From the human T2T-CHM13v2.0 reference genome, Homo sapiens: a stretch of DNA of 64,000 nucleotides. The position numbers and the translations under genes were made by a program. The stretch lies in assembly GCF_009914755.1 (NCBI RefSeq), contig NC_060935.1, one strand, 5' to 3'. A model generated the notes under the pieces. The model did not search any database, was not told where the DNA came from, and saw nothing but the letters and a program-made list of their open reading frames with translations. Positions 45,000 to 60,189 of the stretch are shown piece after piece; position 1 is the stretch's first letter; each line of letters starts with the position of its first letter.

Positions 45000-46780
45000 C
45001 TCTCTTCATTGTCCTTGCTGATTCCTTGCAGGCCACCTTCCTCTTCACACCCTCTGTGTGCTAGAATTCCTCAGGCTGGGAACTAGGCCCTTCTCTTGTC
45101 ACTCTCCATTCTCTCCCTAGGTTATCTAATCTAATTTAATCCCATAGTTTTAAAATTCATCTTTATGCCAATAGCTCTCAGACTTATTTCTCCAGGTTAG
45201 AAACTGTCTTCTAAATTACAGATCTGTAATTTAGACTATCTGAAATCTGCATCTGGCTGTCGCAGAGACAGTACAAACTACAAACAACACATGTGAAATC
45301 CAACTAGTGGTCTACCCTTGCCCAAATGTGCTCCTCCACTAATCTTTCCTATTTTAGGAAATGACACATCATTCACCCAGTTGTTCATGCCAGAAACTGG
45401 ACGTCCTTCTTGACACTACTTTTTCAGTGACCCCGGCCTATATCCAATACATTGGCAAGTCCTAGTGACTAAGGTATCAACAGATGATTGATAGACAGAT
45501 AGATAGATGATAATCTTAAATCCATCCACTTCTCTCCACCTCCACTGTCTTAAACCTATTCCTATTTATCATCTGTGACCTAGACAGCAGTTTCCTAAGT
45601 GGTCTGCCCACATCCTCTCGAGACACTTTCCAATCCATCTTTCACAACATAGCCAGAACAATCTTTTAAAACCAATTCTTTTTTTTTTTTTTCAGACAGA
45701 GTCTCACTCTGTCGCCCAGGCTGGAGTGCACCGGCATGATCTTGGCTCACTGCAACCTTCACCTCCGCCTCTGGGGCTCAAGTGATTCTCATGCCTCAGC
45801 CTCCTGAGTAGCTGGGATAACAGGCGTGCACCACCACACCCAGCTAATTTTTGTATCTTTAGTAGAGACAAATTTCACCATGTTGCCCAGACTGGTCTTG
45901 AATTCTTAAACTCATGTGATAGGCCACCTCGGCCACCCAAAGTACTGGGATTACAGGCATGAGCCACCGTGCCTGGCCAAAACCAATTCTCTTTTATTCT
46001 TTCTCCCTCTCATTGACACATACACATCACTTAAAGCATTTCAATCACTTTGCATGTAAGATAAAACCCCAAATCATTAATATATACTAAGTCAAAAGAA
46101 ATTCTGAAGGACAAAAGCATTTAGAAAAAAAGTTTACTTCAAAAACACTTGCAAAAGTATACAGGTGAATTTACGCTTTAGAAGGACTGATACATCAAAT
46201 GAACACACACCAAGGTTTACAGTTAGTTGCTTCATGGTGAGAAAAGAGCAATTTTCTCATATGATTGCCATATGACCCCAAGCTCCCACATATCTTCAGA
46301 CTGTAGCAGTACAAAAGTCAGCAATTAAACTGTAAGAGAGTCAGTAATATATGGGAAATGCTGAAAGTTTTGTTCACTTTGGAGACTACAGAGTGTGATA
46401 CTGTTGTTTCACGGTTTATTTCAGAACACAAAGTATTTTGTTTTTCCTGTGGGAAGTAATATGTACACTCACTCATTTTGGAAACAGGACAAGATGTCAG
46501 TTTTGCTTTATAAGCATAAAGCCCAGCATGTCTGGGTACTTCTTATATCAGCTTCAACTCATGCCACTCTCCCCCTCATTTTCTACATTCTAGTCACATG
46601 ACCTTCTTGCAGGTTCTCAAAGCTCTTCCCCAACATGCCGTCCCCTCTGTCTGGTACACATTCCCCTACATACTTTACCTGCCAAACCTTACTCATTTTC
46701 CCAGATGCAACTTAAATGTCACTTCCTCCAAATCCCACTCTAAACTGAGTGCCCCAACTATTCAATCATAGCACTCTGCA
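45000..46780 (+). mobile_element. L2 fragments with Alu insertion
   Basis: catctttatgccaatagctctca, catcattcacccagttgttcatgccagaaac, ttaaatgtcacttcctcc. Confidence 0.65.
45677..45978 (-). mobile_element. Alu
   Basis: Full dimer; TSD aaaaccaattct. Confidence 0.95.
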
Positions 46781-46959
46781 TTATCAGGTATGATGCCTTT
46801 GGATGCGAATAACTGAAAAACCAAACCTATCAATAGAGTTTTTAATATCACGGAGGCTTTTGGGCATGGAGAATAACAATCACCACTATGTGTACTTTTG
46901 TTTAATGCTTACTTTATAAACTTTAAAATATATTAAACAGTATTTCTGGGAAATACTGT

Positions 46960-47312
46960 CTGATGCCATCCAATGCAGTATTCACTAACCACATGTGGCT
47001 ATTGAACACTTGAAATATGACTAATCCAATTAAGGAATTTAATTAGGAATTTTTTTAATTTAAATTTTGGAAAAACTAAAGTGTGTGAACCTATTTTTTC
47101 AACTGCAAACTTTATAAAATCTAAACACAGATCCAATATTTCCAATTAAAATCAGGCAACTGAGATCAGTGTATGCATGTGAAATACATATCGAATTTTC
47201 AAGACTCAGTATAAAAAAATGTAAAAATTATCTGAATTTTTATATTGACTACATGTTGAAATGAGATTTTGGATATATTACGTTAAATAAAATATATTAC
47301 TAAAATTAATTT
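46960..47312. mobile_element. MER33/Charlie1-type element
   Basis: ccacatgtggctattgaacacttgaaat ... ttttggatatattacgttaaataaaatatattactaaaattaatttc. Confidence 0.75.
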
Positions 47313-47315
47313 CCT

Positions 47316-47687
<372 letters not shown>

Positions 47688-47859
47688 TGAATTATCACAA
47701 TGATTACCGAATTAATTGTAAATTTTTTTATTTAAACTAGTCACAAAGGTATCACAGGTATGACTTACACCTAACGGGGGCCAAAAGATGGGTTGCGAAA
47801 CGAATGACTGAATTATCCCTAACAATCTTGGGAAGAAAACAGGATTGGCCAGGCCCATC

Positions 47860-48460
47860 CCGAGAGGTCCACGTCAGGCAGGGGCCCCGCCCACCGCGGG
47901 ACCAAGCGGCTACGCCTTCCAAGTTTTCATTCGGGGCCGCGCCAGCGCTGAGGAGAGTCAGACGCCAGATGGTTCCGAAGGTCCTGCAGGCTCTCGGGGC
48001 ACCCTACAGCCGACACGCCAACAAAAGCTTCGGAGCCGCCAACCCCAAAACGGAAACACCGGAGCCACAAGCTGAGCTCGCGTAGGGCACGCTCCCCCGG
48101 GAGTGCTTCCGGGACAGGGGGCGGGGTCGCCGGAAGTGGCCGTCCGCCGTCCGCTGCTCGTTGTTTAAGCGGCTGACGGGAAGGAGAAGCCAGAGCTCCA
48201 GCGGCGCCGCGGGGCGGCAGTCAAGACCAGAGCCGGAGCCGTCACTCACCTCTGGATTAGCCTGAAGCGGAGACTACCGGCTGCGGAGCGGCGGGGCGAG
48301 ACACTTGCTCGCCTTTTGACCCCATCATGTCGCGGGGCTCCATCGAGATTCCCCTCCGGGACACTGACGAGGTAAGTGTCGTGTATGGAGGCGGGTGGGG
48401 GCCATGAACTTGTACGATCGCCCCCACCGACTTCGCTCGACTTCGTTTCTGAAGCGAGAG
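47860..48460 (+). promoter_or_regulatory. CTR9: CTR9 CpG-island promoter and 5'UTR
   Basis: High GC and CpG; GC box GGGGCGGGG 48118-48126; ETS/GABPA site CCGGAAGTG 48130-48138; opposite-strand ETS core gcttccgg 48105-48112; no upstream ATG between 48180 and 48326. Confidence 0.9.
48327..48371 (+). CDS. CTR9: CTR9 coding exon 1 (MSRGSIEIPLRDTDE)
   Basis: ATG at 48327 inside the CpG island; translation matches the CTR9 N-terminus; donor GAG|gtaagt; 45 nt, phase 0. Confidence 0.98.
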
Positions 48461-49585
48461 CATCCTCCTTCCCTAAGAGCCCTGATCGAAATACCTGGCC
48501 AAGGTCTGATCATCATCTTCTTCAGCCCCTGTGCCCTCTCAGGCTGGGGGCACCGCGTCTCTGCAGCCTCAGGGCCACTCGGAGAAGGAGTTCTTGAAAG
48601 TTCCTCTCCAGCCTGTTCGAATTTGACAGTGCGCTACTCTTTTCCTAACCAACCCACGGGAGCAGAGGTGTGAGAGTACCCGATAAACTGTAAAACACCT
48701 CGCAGATTACAGAGGTGGGCGCTGATGTTTCCGGGGTTTATATGCTTGCTGCTCAAACTCGAGATCTTTCCCTGGGAATATATAGGAGGTCGCCTCTTCT
48801 CCCTTAGAAACTCGAGTCTGTCATGGTGCGCTGTGTTCTCTACACCAACTCTCCTTCAACGAGATATCCCAAGATTTAGCCGCCCCTGTGTGCTGATAAA
48901 ATTTAACCTCCTCTCGCTTACCTATGTCTCATTCATGGGTGGCCTGTGGCTTGTCTGAGTAAAGCTCTCAGCTTTGATGTTCAGTCTTCTTGTATATCTT
49001 TTATTTTTATTTTTTTTGTTTGAGATATAATATTGAGGTATAAAATTCAGTGGTTTTTAGTGTATTCGCAAAGTTGTATAGTCATTACCTCTAATTCCAG
49101 GACATTTTCCTATTATTATTTTTGTGCTTACAGTCAGGACTGTCTGTTACACGCAGGTGCCACCTCCATGATTAATGTGTGCAGTGGCATTCAACTTTGC
49201 ATGGCTTGTAGGGTCATGCATCTCAAGGAGTCAGACCTATGGCATAATAGTCTCTAGGGTGCTTATCTGCACTTTACTTGGATTCTATGTTAAGTAGGAT
49301 TTTGTTTTGTTATTTTTTAGTAAGCAGACCATTTCTAGTATTTTATAGTTCCAGTGATTTGGGGACAAGTAGCAGGGTTTGTTTGCTTCTCTGTGCTTTA
49401 ACTTTATTATAGTATAACCTATTCGTCATGTGCTCCTTAAACATTAACATGGATTAGCTCAACCGTATTGAAAGTGAACACGTACTCTATGTATATGCAT
49501 GTTGATTATATTCACGAAAAGCAGCAAAGATGAAATGTGAATTTTAAAGTGGAATAAGAGTTAAGACCTACCTTTTGTATTTTAG

Positions 49586-49753
<168 letters not shown>

Positions 49754-51319
49754 TAGTAATAGCCAGCTTGGCTGCATGGTAGATTAGTTATACCATGTGT
49801 ATGGAAGTTAATTGTGTTAATAATTTATGGAACAATAAGGCCGTTTTCCTAAATGATATGCTGCTCTACTGGTGAATTAGTATATGTTGGTAAAGGCAAA
49901 ATTCATTTAAGTAGTACTCTATATTGAATATTTTATTATTTAGTGCTTGTTCAGTGAAGGCTGGCTTATGGTTTATAGATAAGCTGAAAAGAAGCGAAGT
50001 GCTTCTGTGTGAACATTGCTGCTTAACATTGTTTCCTATAACAACAAAACATTTCCCTTAAAATATTCTAGAATGTGATTAGGTTCTGGGAAAATCACTT
50101 CACCCAAAATCACAAAAGTTCTTTTGGGTGAAGTTTATCTCAGACTTATGTTTTTTGTCCTATTTAGTCTCCTTCAATGTGAATCTTACTGGAGATTCTC
50201 AAGAAAATCCAATCAGAAACCCTAAAATTCTATATCCTCTACTTGCCAGCATCAGCTGCATAATGATGTTTTCTTTTTATAGGAATAGGTAATATAAATG
50301 TTACAGTCATTATTCCTAAGTAGATATGCCACATTGCTTTCATACAAACATACAGAAGAGGCTCCTAATATTGTCTTGAAGAGTCAGAGAAATAGGTCTG
50401 GAATTGGGCTTATATCCAGTGCTCAAGACTGCTCTAAGAGTTTCTTCCTTTTAGATGTGGATTTACAGAGAAGTATTTTCAGTGACAAGCAGTGCCTTCT
50501 TGACTTGAAGTGCCAACTTTTCTTATTCCATGGAGACCAAGCCTCCTTGTCACACACATTTTTTTTAAAACCAGATGGTAATTTAGATGTATATATAATA
50601 TATATTATATATATATATATTTTTAAGTACATATGCCCTCCTTAACAGCACTTAAACAAAAATTAGAATATTGGAGGATTAGCATGGCACCTGTAGTAGA
50701 ATAAATTAATGACACATTGTGGGATATAGATTTTTACAGGGAAAAGAATGTAGGCTTTGGGGTTAGATCAAGTCCCGGCATGGCTGCTAACTAGCTATGT
50801 GACCTTAGACAAATGATCTAACTTCTGAGCATATGTCCTCATTTAAAATATAGAGATGTTAGCATCTACCTCATAGAGTGGTTGTACAGATTAGAGAATA
50901 TGTGTATGAAATTCCTTTCATGGTATGTGACCAATAGTCAGTGGTTAATAAGTGGTGGATATTCCACATAGAGACAGAGTCTCTCTATTTTGCCCAGGCT
51001 AGACTCAAACTCCTGGGCTCAAGCCATCCTGCCACTACAGCATCCCAAGTAGTAGATTACAGGTGCATACCACCACACCTAGTGGATATTTCTTTTATTA
51101 TTTATAAGTCAAACAGATGCCTAGAGAAGTTGTTAAACAGGCCCAAATCACAGATAATTTTTGGTAGATCTAGAACCAGAACCCAAGTTTTCTATTTAGA
51201 ATTCTTCATATCTTTCACTATTGTTTTCTCTCTTAGGCTCTACTTATCTGAAAATTTTAGTTAGAAATCAACTAGATAAGCAGCAGATTGGGAACATTGT
51301 GAATGATTCCAGTTTTTTA

Positions 51320-51840
51320 AACAGTTTTATTAAAGTCTAATGGATTTATAATAAACTGCACATATTTGACATTTACCATTTGATAAGTTTTATCATCTGT
51401 ATATACCTGTGAAACCATCACCACAATCAAGATTAATGAATACATTCATCACCTTCTGAAAGTGTCCTCTGTACCACTCCCCACAAGTCCCCCACCCCAC
51501 CCCTAATCCCTGTGCCAGACAACCACTGGTCTGCTTTTTGACACTAGAGATTGTTTTACATTTTCTAGAGTTTTATATAAATGGAATCACACAATATGTA
51601 CTCTTTTTTTGGTCTGATTTCTTTCATTCAGCATAATTATTTTGAGATTTATCCATGTTGTAGCATGTATCAGTAGTTCATTCCTTTTCATTGTAGGATA
51701 GTATCCATTTTATGGATACACCACAGCTTGTTTATCCATTCACCTGTTAATCAACATTTTGATTGTTTCCAGTTTTTTGTTATTACAAATAAAGCTGCTG
51801 TAAACATTTGTGTACAACTTTTTATATGGACATATGCTTT
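51320..51840 (-). mobile_element. L1M (L1MB-like) 3' fragment
   Basis: tatataaatggaatcacacaatatgta..ttatccatgttgtagcatgtatcagtagttcattcc..aaataaagctgctgtaaacatt. Confidence 0.85.
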
Positions 51841-51871
51841 AGTGATTCTAATTTGTTTCATTACCTTATAG

Positions 51872-52111
51872 CTGGAATACTACAAGCAAGGAAAAACAGA
51901 AGAGTTTGTAAAATTGTTGGAAGCAGCACGTATAGATGGCAATTTGGACTATAGAGACCATGAAAAAGACCAGATGACTTGCTTGGATACATTGGCAGCG
52001 TATTATGTACAACAGGCTCGGAAAGAAAAGAATAAGGACAATAAAAAGGATCTTATTACACAGGCCACCTTGTTGTATACAATGGCCGATAAAATTATTA
52101 TGTATGATCAG
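51872..52111 (+). CDS. CTR9: CTR9 exon 3 (LEYYKQGK...IIMYDQ)
   Basis: ttatag|CTG ... CAG|gtaaaa; 240 nt; overlaps ORF 51914..52180. Confidence 0.97.
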
Positions 52112-52591
52112 GTAAAAATAAAGTCAAATTTCTTTCCATTTATGAAGGGAGAAAAGCACATGAAAGCAAAATGTGTGTGATAGCAGATTTTTTGAAAGAG
52201 TTTTTCTTCAAGTAACATGGTTGATAGAGTCAAAAAGAAGAAAGGTTCCTCATTAAAATCGGAATGCTTTGGTTTTTGTACTGTTTAAGTAATATGGACA
52301 AATGTAGTACATAAAACTTGCTCCAGTAATTTTATTATCTCCAGGTGAATTTCAAGGATATTTTAAGGAATTTAAATTTTTCTTTTGGTTGTTGTTACTG
52401 GCACAGAAGACTTACATTTCAGGATAATTTCTTATTTTGTAATTAAGAATTGCTTGTTAGTAGCTTAAGCACGTTACATTTGATAGGGGAATTTGCACTG
52501 TGCTCCACCTCCTTCCTATTTGGTTTTCACTTTAGTGTTACATGTTCATGGTATATAGGGGTAAAATCTAAGATAATACATTACTTCATAG

Positions 52592-52732
<141 letters not shown>

Positions 52733-53169
52733 TAGGAAACAGTTGTTTTCAGCATATGCCTAGAATATATCTCTTGGTAATAGCTCCTTAATAACTCAGC
52801 TAGACAGCAAAGTAGAAGAGCTTTATGTTGTTACAAATGAAATTACCTACAACAAATATTGTTGAAATTGTAGAAATAAAATATATACCAGTTAAGAATA
52901 ATTTATTATTTAGGCCAGGCATGGTATAATCTCAGCACTTTGAGACCCTGTCTCGTTATACCTGTAATCCCAGCGCTTTGAGAGACTGAGGCAGGAGGAT
53001 CACTTGAGGCCAGGAGTTCAAGACGAGCTGGGGCAACATAGCAAGACCCCATCTCTACAAAAAATAATTTTTTCAAAAAAGAGTAATTGGTTATACACTT
53101 CTGAAGAGCCAATAAACAATCTCTACTTAGACAACTTAAAGTTATTTCAATTATTACTTTATAACATTT

Positions 53170-53448
53170 TTTAAACTTTTATTGAAGTTCAGTGGTACAA
53201 GTGCAGGTTTGTTACATAGGTAAACTTGGTCATGGGGGTTTGTTGTGCAGGTTATTTCATCACTTAGGTATTAAGCCTAGTACCTATTAGTTATTTTTCC
53301 TGATCCTCTTCCTCCTCCCACCCTCCACCCTCCAAAAGGCCCCAGTATGTGATGTTCCCCTCTGTGTCCATGTGTTCTCATCATTTAGCTCCCACTTATA
53401 AGTGAGAACAGGCAGTATTCAGTTTTCTGTTCCTATGTTAGTTTGCTA
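53170..53448 (-). mobile_element. L1PA (~L1PA15/16) 3' end in CTR9 intron 4
   Basis: Reverse-strand L1 3'UTR; 14-bp TSD actttataacattt at 53156-53169 and 53449-53462. Confidence 0.9.
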
Positions 53449-53662
53449 ACTTTATAACATTTAACATAAAAATAGGAAGTTTTATTTTTAGACATAAATT
53501 AGTATACTTTTATGAAAAACAAATTTTTAATATGAAATTTTGTTCTGTGTTTTCAAGTATTTCTCACTCAGAGATGTATTTAACTTAGATAAGTTAGTGT
53601 AAAACATAATAGACTTGTAGCCTTTAATCAGACACTGTGTTTATTTTTAAAAATCATTACAG

Positions 53663-53752
53663 GTAAAGCTTGCATTTCCTTCAACAAGAAGGATTACAGA
53701 GGAGCTCTTGCTTACTATAAGAAAGCATTGCGTACTAACCCAGGATGTCCAG
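53663..53752 (+). CDS. CTR9: CTR9 exon 5 ([32 protein letters not shown])
   Basis: ttacag|GT AAA ... CCA G|gtaaga; 90 nt; TPR pattern A..YY..AL...P. Confidence 0.97.
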
Positions 53753-53919
53753 GTAAGAGAAAAATTTTATTTTATGTCTAAACTGTGTATTACCCAGCTT
53801 AAAGCATTGAGGATTTGTCAGTTGCTTATGAAGTTATGAAAAGATATTGTTGGATTATAGAAATGTCAGAATCAAGGTTTTTTTTTGATGCTATGTTTGA
53901 GTCAAAAGCTGGATAGTAA

Positions 53920-54505
<586 letters not shown>

Positions 54506-54564
54506 TCTGGATAGTAGATTATAATATAATCTTTTTGCCCTATACTATTTTTCTTTCCAAAATG

Positions 54565-56620
54565 TCATTCATGTAGCAAATTTTTACTGAGTACCAACTA
54601 TGTGGCAGGCAGTGTTCTAAACCCTGAGAATGTAGCAATTAACCAAAGAGACAAAAGTTCCTGCCCTCATGGAGTCCAGTTTTCAGTGGGCAAGATAAAT
54701 AGTAAAGTATGTATGATGTGTAAGCTACCAGTAAGAGCCAAGGAGAAGAATAAAGCAGAAAAAGGGTATGAGAAGCATCAGGAATTGCTTAGAAAGGATG
54801 ACCAAGGAAACTCATCAGAGATAGTGACATTTGTGTGAAGACCTAAAAAACAACTAGCAGCCATGCAGATATATAGGAGAAGACCACTCCTAGAGAGAGA
54901 GCATAGAAGGTACAAAGGTCCAGAGGAAAGAGAGTGCCTGGTAAGTTTAAGGAAGAGTAAGGAGGCCATTGTTTCTGGAATAGAGAGAGAAAGAGTTGGG
55001 GGGAAAGTAGTAAGAAATGGGGTCAAAGCTATAACCAGGGACTGACTAATCACGTAGGGCATCACAGATTATTGTAAGGACTTTAGTTTTTACATCGACA
55101 GAGATGGGAAGCCATTGGAGGGCCTTGGGCAGCAGAGTGACGTGATCTGACCTATATTTAAAAGGTTCGTTTGAGCTTTGGGGTTGAGACTAGAGTGGGG
55201 CTCAAGGGGAGGGGGTCAAGGACAGAAGTAGGGAGAGCAGGGAGAAGGCATCTGCAGACAGGCAGGTCAGAGGTGATTGTGGCTCACACTAGGGAGGTAA
55301 TAGTGGAGTTGGTACAAGTGGTCAGATTCTACATGTATTTTGAAAGGAGAGCTGATGGAGTACCTATGATGTATAAGACAGAGAGGAAGAGTCAAAGATA
55401 ACTCCCTTGCACAAGCAATTGGAAAAGTAGAGTTATATTTTACTATATTTGGGAAATAGTTTAAGTGGAACTAGTTTTAGACCTGAAAAGTTTGAAATAC
55501 CTTTTAGACATATAAGTTGTCAAATTAAGCAGTTCAGCCTTAAAGCTTTTAGAGCTTTATCCTGAGCCTTGAGAAGAATGTGGCTATACAACCTGAGTCA
55601 CGTGGCATGCAGTTGCAATTTCTGCCTTTTTTTTTCTGTAAACAATTAAGATCAAATGGTGCCAGAAATAAGATCCCCCTCACATGGAGCAATAAAATAA
55701 TCTTTTTAGAATATAGCAATTTGTAACCAATCAAATTGCTGTGACATAGGCACCTGGTGTTATATTTTAGAATGTTACAATCCTACTAGAACTTCTCTAT
55801 TTCCCCCAAATAATTAAAACCTTAACTTTTTCACTTTGGAAAATGCTGATATCATTCATTTGGAGTCAGTACTTTTCTGGTGGCCATTCTCACACCTTGC
55901 ACTCCAATACACTCTATACTTAATCATATTTTCCAAATCCCGTTATTTAAAATTGACAAAGTGAAGACAGCAGAAAGGCTGGAATTCAGGAAAGAGGTCT
56001 GGGCTGAAGTCATCAACATATAGATAGTGTATAAAGCTGTGAATGAGTGCAAATAGAAAAGAGGTCTAGAGGTGGAGCCCTAGAGCACTCTGATATTAAG
56101 AGATTAGGGAAATGAGGAAGAATCAGCAAAGGAGACTGAGAAGATAATAGCCAGAGGTATAGGAGGAAAATAGGGTAAGTGCATTGTCTTTAAAGGCAAA
56201 TGTAAAATGTTTCCAGAAGAAGATGATGACCAACAGTGTCAAATTCTGTTGTTAGGTCAAGTAAAATAGGGACACAGAATTGATCATTGGATTTAGCAGC
56301 ATACAAATCCATAGTGACCTTGATAAAAGCAGTTTTACTGGAATGGTGGGGTGAGAGCTTCACTGGAGTGTATTCAAGAGAAAATGGAAGGAAGGGAATT
56401 AGACATAGCAAGCGTAGCTAGATCATTCTGGGAGTTTTGCTATTGAAGAACAGACATGATCGACAACTGGAAAGGGATATAGAATCAAGAGAGGATTTGT
56501 ATAAGATGGCAGAACGTTTATGTGTAGATGAGAATGAATGATCCAGTAGAGAGAAAAAATAGGGGAGGGTTGCTGGAGCAGTATTCTTAAATAGATAAGA
56601 GGGCATCTAGTGACCAGTAT
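54565..56620 (-). mobile_element. Long L2 fragments in CTR9 intron 5
   Basis: tttactgagtaccaactatgtggcaggcagtg..ctgccctcatggag; gatgggaagccattggaggg; tggatttagcagcat..agtgaccttgataaaagcagttt. Confidence 0.8.
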
Positions 56621-57073
56621 GGTGATTGGCTTTAGATGGGAACTTGTTTGTGTTTTGGCATGGCCTTAAATGAGGTAGCACATATGAGCATAGCTTTGAA
56701 AGGAACAATGGTATGTGCCCATAATCAGTCATATTATTTAAGGTCTTAGTGGAACTTTTGTTCTCTGTTTAAAAATTGTTCTTCAATAATGAGAAATTGA
56801 AGGTATGGTTAGCAGCGATGTTAGAAGACAAGAAGAATACCAGTATTATAGGTGTTCTGTTCTATAGTGAGAAATGTGTCAGTGATAGAGGAGAGGGTTG
56901 GAATATGGTATGATGTAGCCTCCAAGGAAACCAAGTTTGTGATAGGTCAAAAGATTCTGTAGTGTAGTTATACTGAGGTTAATTTTGGGGATTTTGCAAC
57001 TCATAAATAGAGAATGTTTAAGCATTTTTGTAATTGAACTCTAAAAAATGCCCTAGTTTGATAGATTGAATGA

Positions 57074-57244
<171 letters not shown>

Positions 57245-57277
57245 TGAAAAAAGTATCTAGCTCCTAACTGCTTTGTC

Positions 57278-57590
57278 AGGCCCACAGCCTCTTATCTAAA
57301 ACTCTTGGAGCCAGATGTGTCTTAGAAATTAAGATTACAGATTACAGAAGGGTACCTGTACTTTGTAATGTATAACACCTAGTTATTGGGGCACTACCCC
57401 AAAAGCAAACTTATATTTCTGTGGCAAAATGATAGACTGTTTACACTAGTAGGATAGGGTTACAATTCAGGTAGTATTGCCACCAAATAAGTTTGCTCCA
57501 AGATTACCAAAAAAAAAAAAACAGAAAACAAAACTTGTTTTTTAAGGCATTTAGATTTCAGAATCTCAGATAAGGGGTCGTAGACTTGTA
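57278..57590. mobile_element. Tigger-derived MITE (MER46C-like)
   Basis: caggcccacagcctcttatc start, gataaggggtcgtagacttg end (degenerate TIRs). Confidence 0.55.
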
Positions 57591-57962
57591 TATCAGTTTG
57601 GAATGCTTTCATTGCACGTAACAAAAAACACATCCCAGTGCCTTAAACATAAGGGCTTTTAGTGTTTACTAAACCAGTTGTCAAAGGTCTCAAATTTGAT
57701 AGGTCCTTGTCGTCAAACCTATGATTTTATATAATTCCGTCCTCCCTTCCTTAATGTGCAGCCTTTCTTCATCATGTCTGTCACCTTATAGTCACAAGAT
57801 GGCTGCAGCATCTCCAGCTTCTCATTATTACATTGGTCTTATAAAGAGGGAGGAAAGAGAAAGGATAAAAAGGCTTTCTCTTAGAGAAGCCCTGTCTTAT
57901 ATTGAGAAGGAAGCTCTCCATCATGCTTCCCCTTATGTATAATTGTCCAAAACAGGGATACC

Positions 57963-58142
57963 TGGGTTTCTCAGCCTCAGTACTATTGATGTTTTGGGCT
58001 GGATAATTCTTTGTTGTGGGGAACTGTCCCTTCCATTATAGAATGTTTTAACAGCATCCCGGGCCTCTACCCACTAAATGCCGATAGCGTTCCTCCAATT
58101 GTGATAACCAAACATGACTTCATCCCCAGTTGAGAACCACTA
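57963..58142. mobile_element. MER20
   Basis: tttctcagcctcagtactattgatgttttgggctggataattctttgttgtgggg..gttgagaaccact. Confidence 0.88.
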
Positions 58143-58857
58143 CCTTAGGCCAGAGGAAAAGATTATCTGGACTGGTGTAGATCAATCATGATTCATCCCC
58201 CGGGCCTGGGGAAGGGGGGAAGGGAACTTTCCTTCCTAAACTCAAAAGATTTTCACAGGCTACAAAATCTGGATTCTGTTAGCAGGATGAGTGGTAAAAT
58301 GGCTGTTGGGTAATCCACCAGTATCAGTCACACGAAGAAAACAGCTCGGATCAATAAAACCAAAGGTGGTAGAGGCCAGGCATGGTGGCTCTCACCTATA
58401 ATCCCAACACTTTGGGAGATCAAAGTGGGAGGATTGTTTGAGCCCAGGAGGTCAAGGCTGCAGTGAGCTGTGTTCATGCCAGTGTACTCCATCCTGGGCA
58501 ACACAGTGAGATCCTGTCTGAAAAAAATAAAAATTAATATAAATAAATAAAAACAAAGGTGGCTCTTTGTGGGAGAAGTAGGGGCAGGGACTAATAAAGT
58601 AGATGAGATAAGTCTCAAGCAAGAACTGAACAAGAAAATAAAAAGGGGAAAAAAGTGACACACAAAAAAATTAAGGATTAAAAGAGAGATTTAATTACAA
58701 ATGCAATATAGATATTTAAAATCATAAGAAGCTTCTAATCCGTTTTAGTGTCTGATCTTAGGATTTATAACTTATTTCTTGTGACTAAAGAAAACTTCTT
58801 GAAAAGTGCTAATTTAGTATTGTTTTCACTCCACCTTGTTGCAATGTTTTCTTTTAG

Positions 58858-58983
<126 letters not shown>

Positions 58984-59634
58984 TAAATTCTGATTTTTGT
59001 TTTTCTGTACTGCAATTGATATTTTATTTCTTTTTTAAACTTGGAAAGAAATTTGAAAATGTCAGATTTTTTCCCCCCTCCAAATTATAGAGTTTGTTGT
59101 ATTAGTTACCTGGGGGTACCTACATTTGTTTATTCATTTATTTGCTTAATATTTATTGACCCCTATATACTGTACCCAACACTGTGGTAGTGATGTGAAG
59201 ATTAGTAAAACATGGTGTCTGTACTCAAGGAGTTCAATTTCATAGAAAAAGCAGCCATGTAAACAAATGTAAGTGTAAAAATAAAGGTATCTACTCATTT
59301 ATGGTAGAGAAATGAGGAAGTGGTCAGATGGCTTAGGTGAATTTTCACCAAGGCTGCAGAGCTTTTGAACTAGGTTTTTAGGAAGAGGTCACTAGAGAGT
59401 TGAAAAGGGAAAGACACACAAATCTATGAAATAGTGTATAATATACTTATGGTAGGCAATGCTTTGGATTCAGATAGTGGAGCATTTTTGTAATACCAGA
59501 ATTTGGACATGCTATGTAGGGAACAAGGAGTCACTGACATTTTTATTTTGCATGTTAATCATGTTGTATTTTTTAAGTTGCCACTAATTCTGTAGAAGCA
59601 GTGGTATTTTAGGTTTCTTAAAATACTAAATCTA

Positions 59635-59932
59635 CTGGGAGTAGTGGCTCATGCCTGTAATCCCAGCATTTTGAGGGGCCGAGGTGGGAGGATTGCTTGA
59701 GCCCAGGAGTTCAGGACCAACACTGGCAACATAGTGAGACCTCATCTCTACAGAAATTTTTAAAAATTAGCTGGACATGGTGGCACATACCTGTAGTCTC
59801 AGTTACTCAGAAGGCTGAGGTGGGAGGATCACTTGAGCCTGGGAGGTCGAGGCTGCAGTGGTGAGCCATGATGGCGCCACTGCACTCCAGCCCATGCAAC
59901 AGAGTGAGACCCTGTCTCAAAAAAAAAAAAAA
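59635..59932 (+). mobile_element. AluJ in CTR9 intron 7
   Basis: Full dimer with A tail. Confidence 0.93.
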
Positions 59933-60041
59933 GTGCGCTTTATGTATTTACTTATGTAATCTTCACAATAATTCTATGATGTAGGTAATCTTATTCCCAT
60001 TTTGTGGGTGGATAAGTTGAGGAAGAGTTAATAGTCTAAAG

Positions 60042-60189
60042 TCAGTAATTCACTATGAAAGGGGAGTATGTTTCTACAGCCAGAGAGAGTAAAGCACTGT
60101 GGTTAATAGTTATGTGACCTTAGACTAACCACAGTGCTTTACTCTTTCTGGCTGTAGAAACATACTCCCCTTTCATAGTGAATTATTGA
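60042..60189. repeat. 64-bp near-perfect inverted repeat, 20-nt loop
   Basis: Arms 60042-60105 and 60126-60189 are reverse complements with 2 mismatches. Confidence 0.97.

Noticed and set aside
47804-48673. Overlapping ORFs on both strands at the promoter
   Set aside because: Expected from stop-codon scarcity in a CpG island; no coding evidence
51914-52180. ORFs 51914, 60617, 61171 and 61468 as stand-alone genes
   Set aside because: They are CTR9 exons read through into introns
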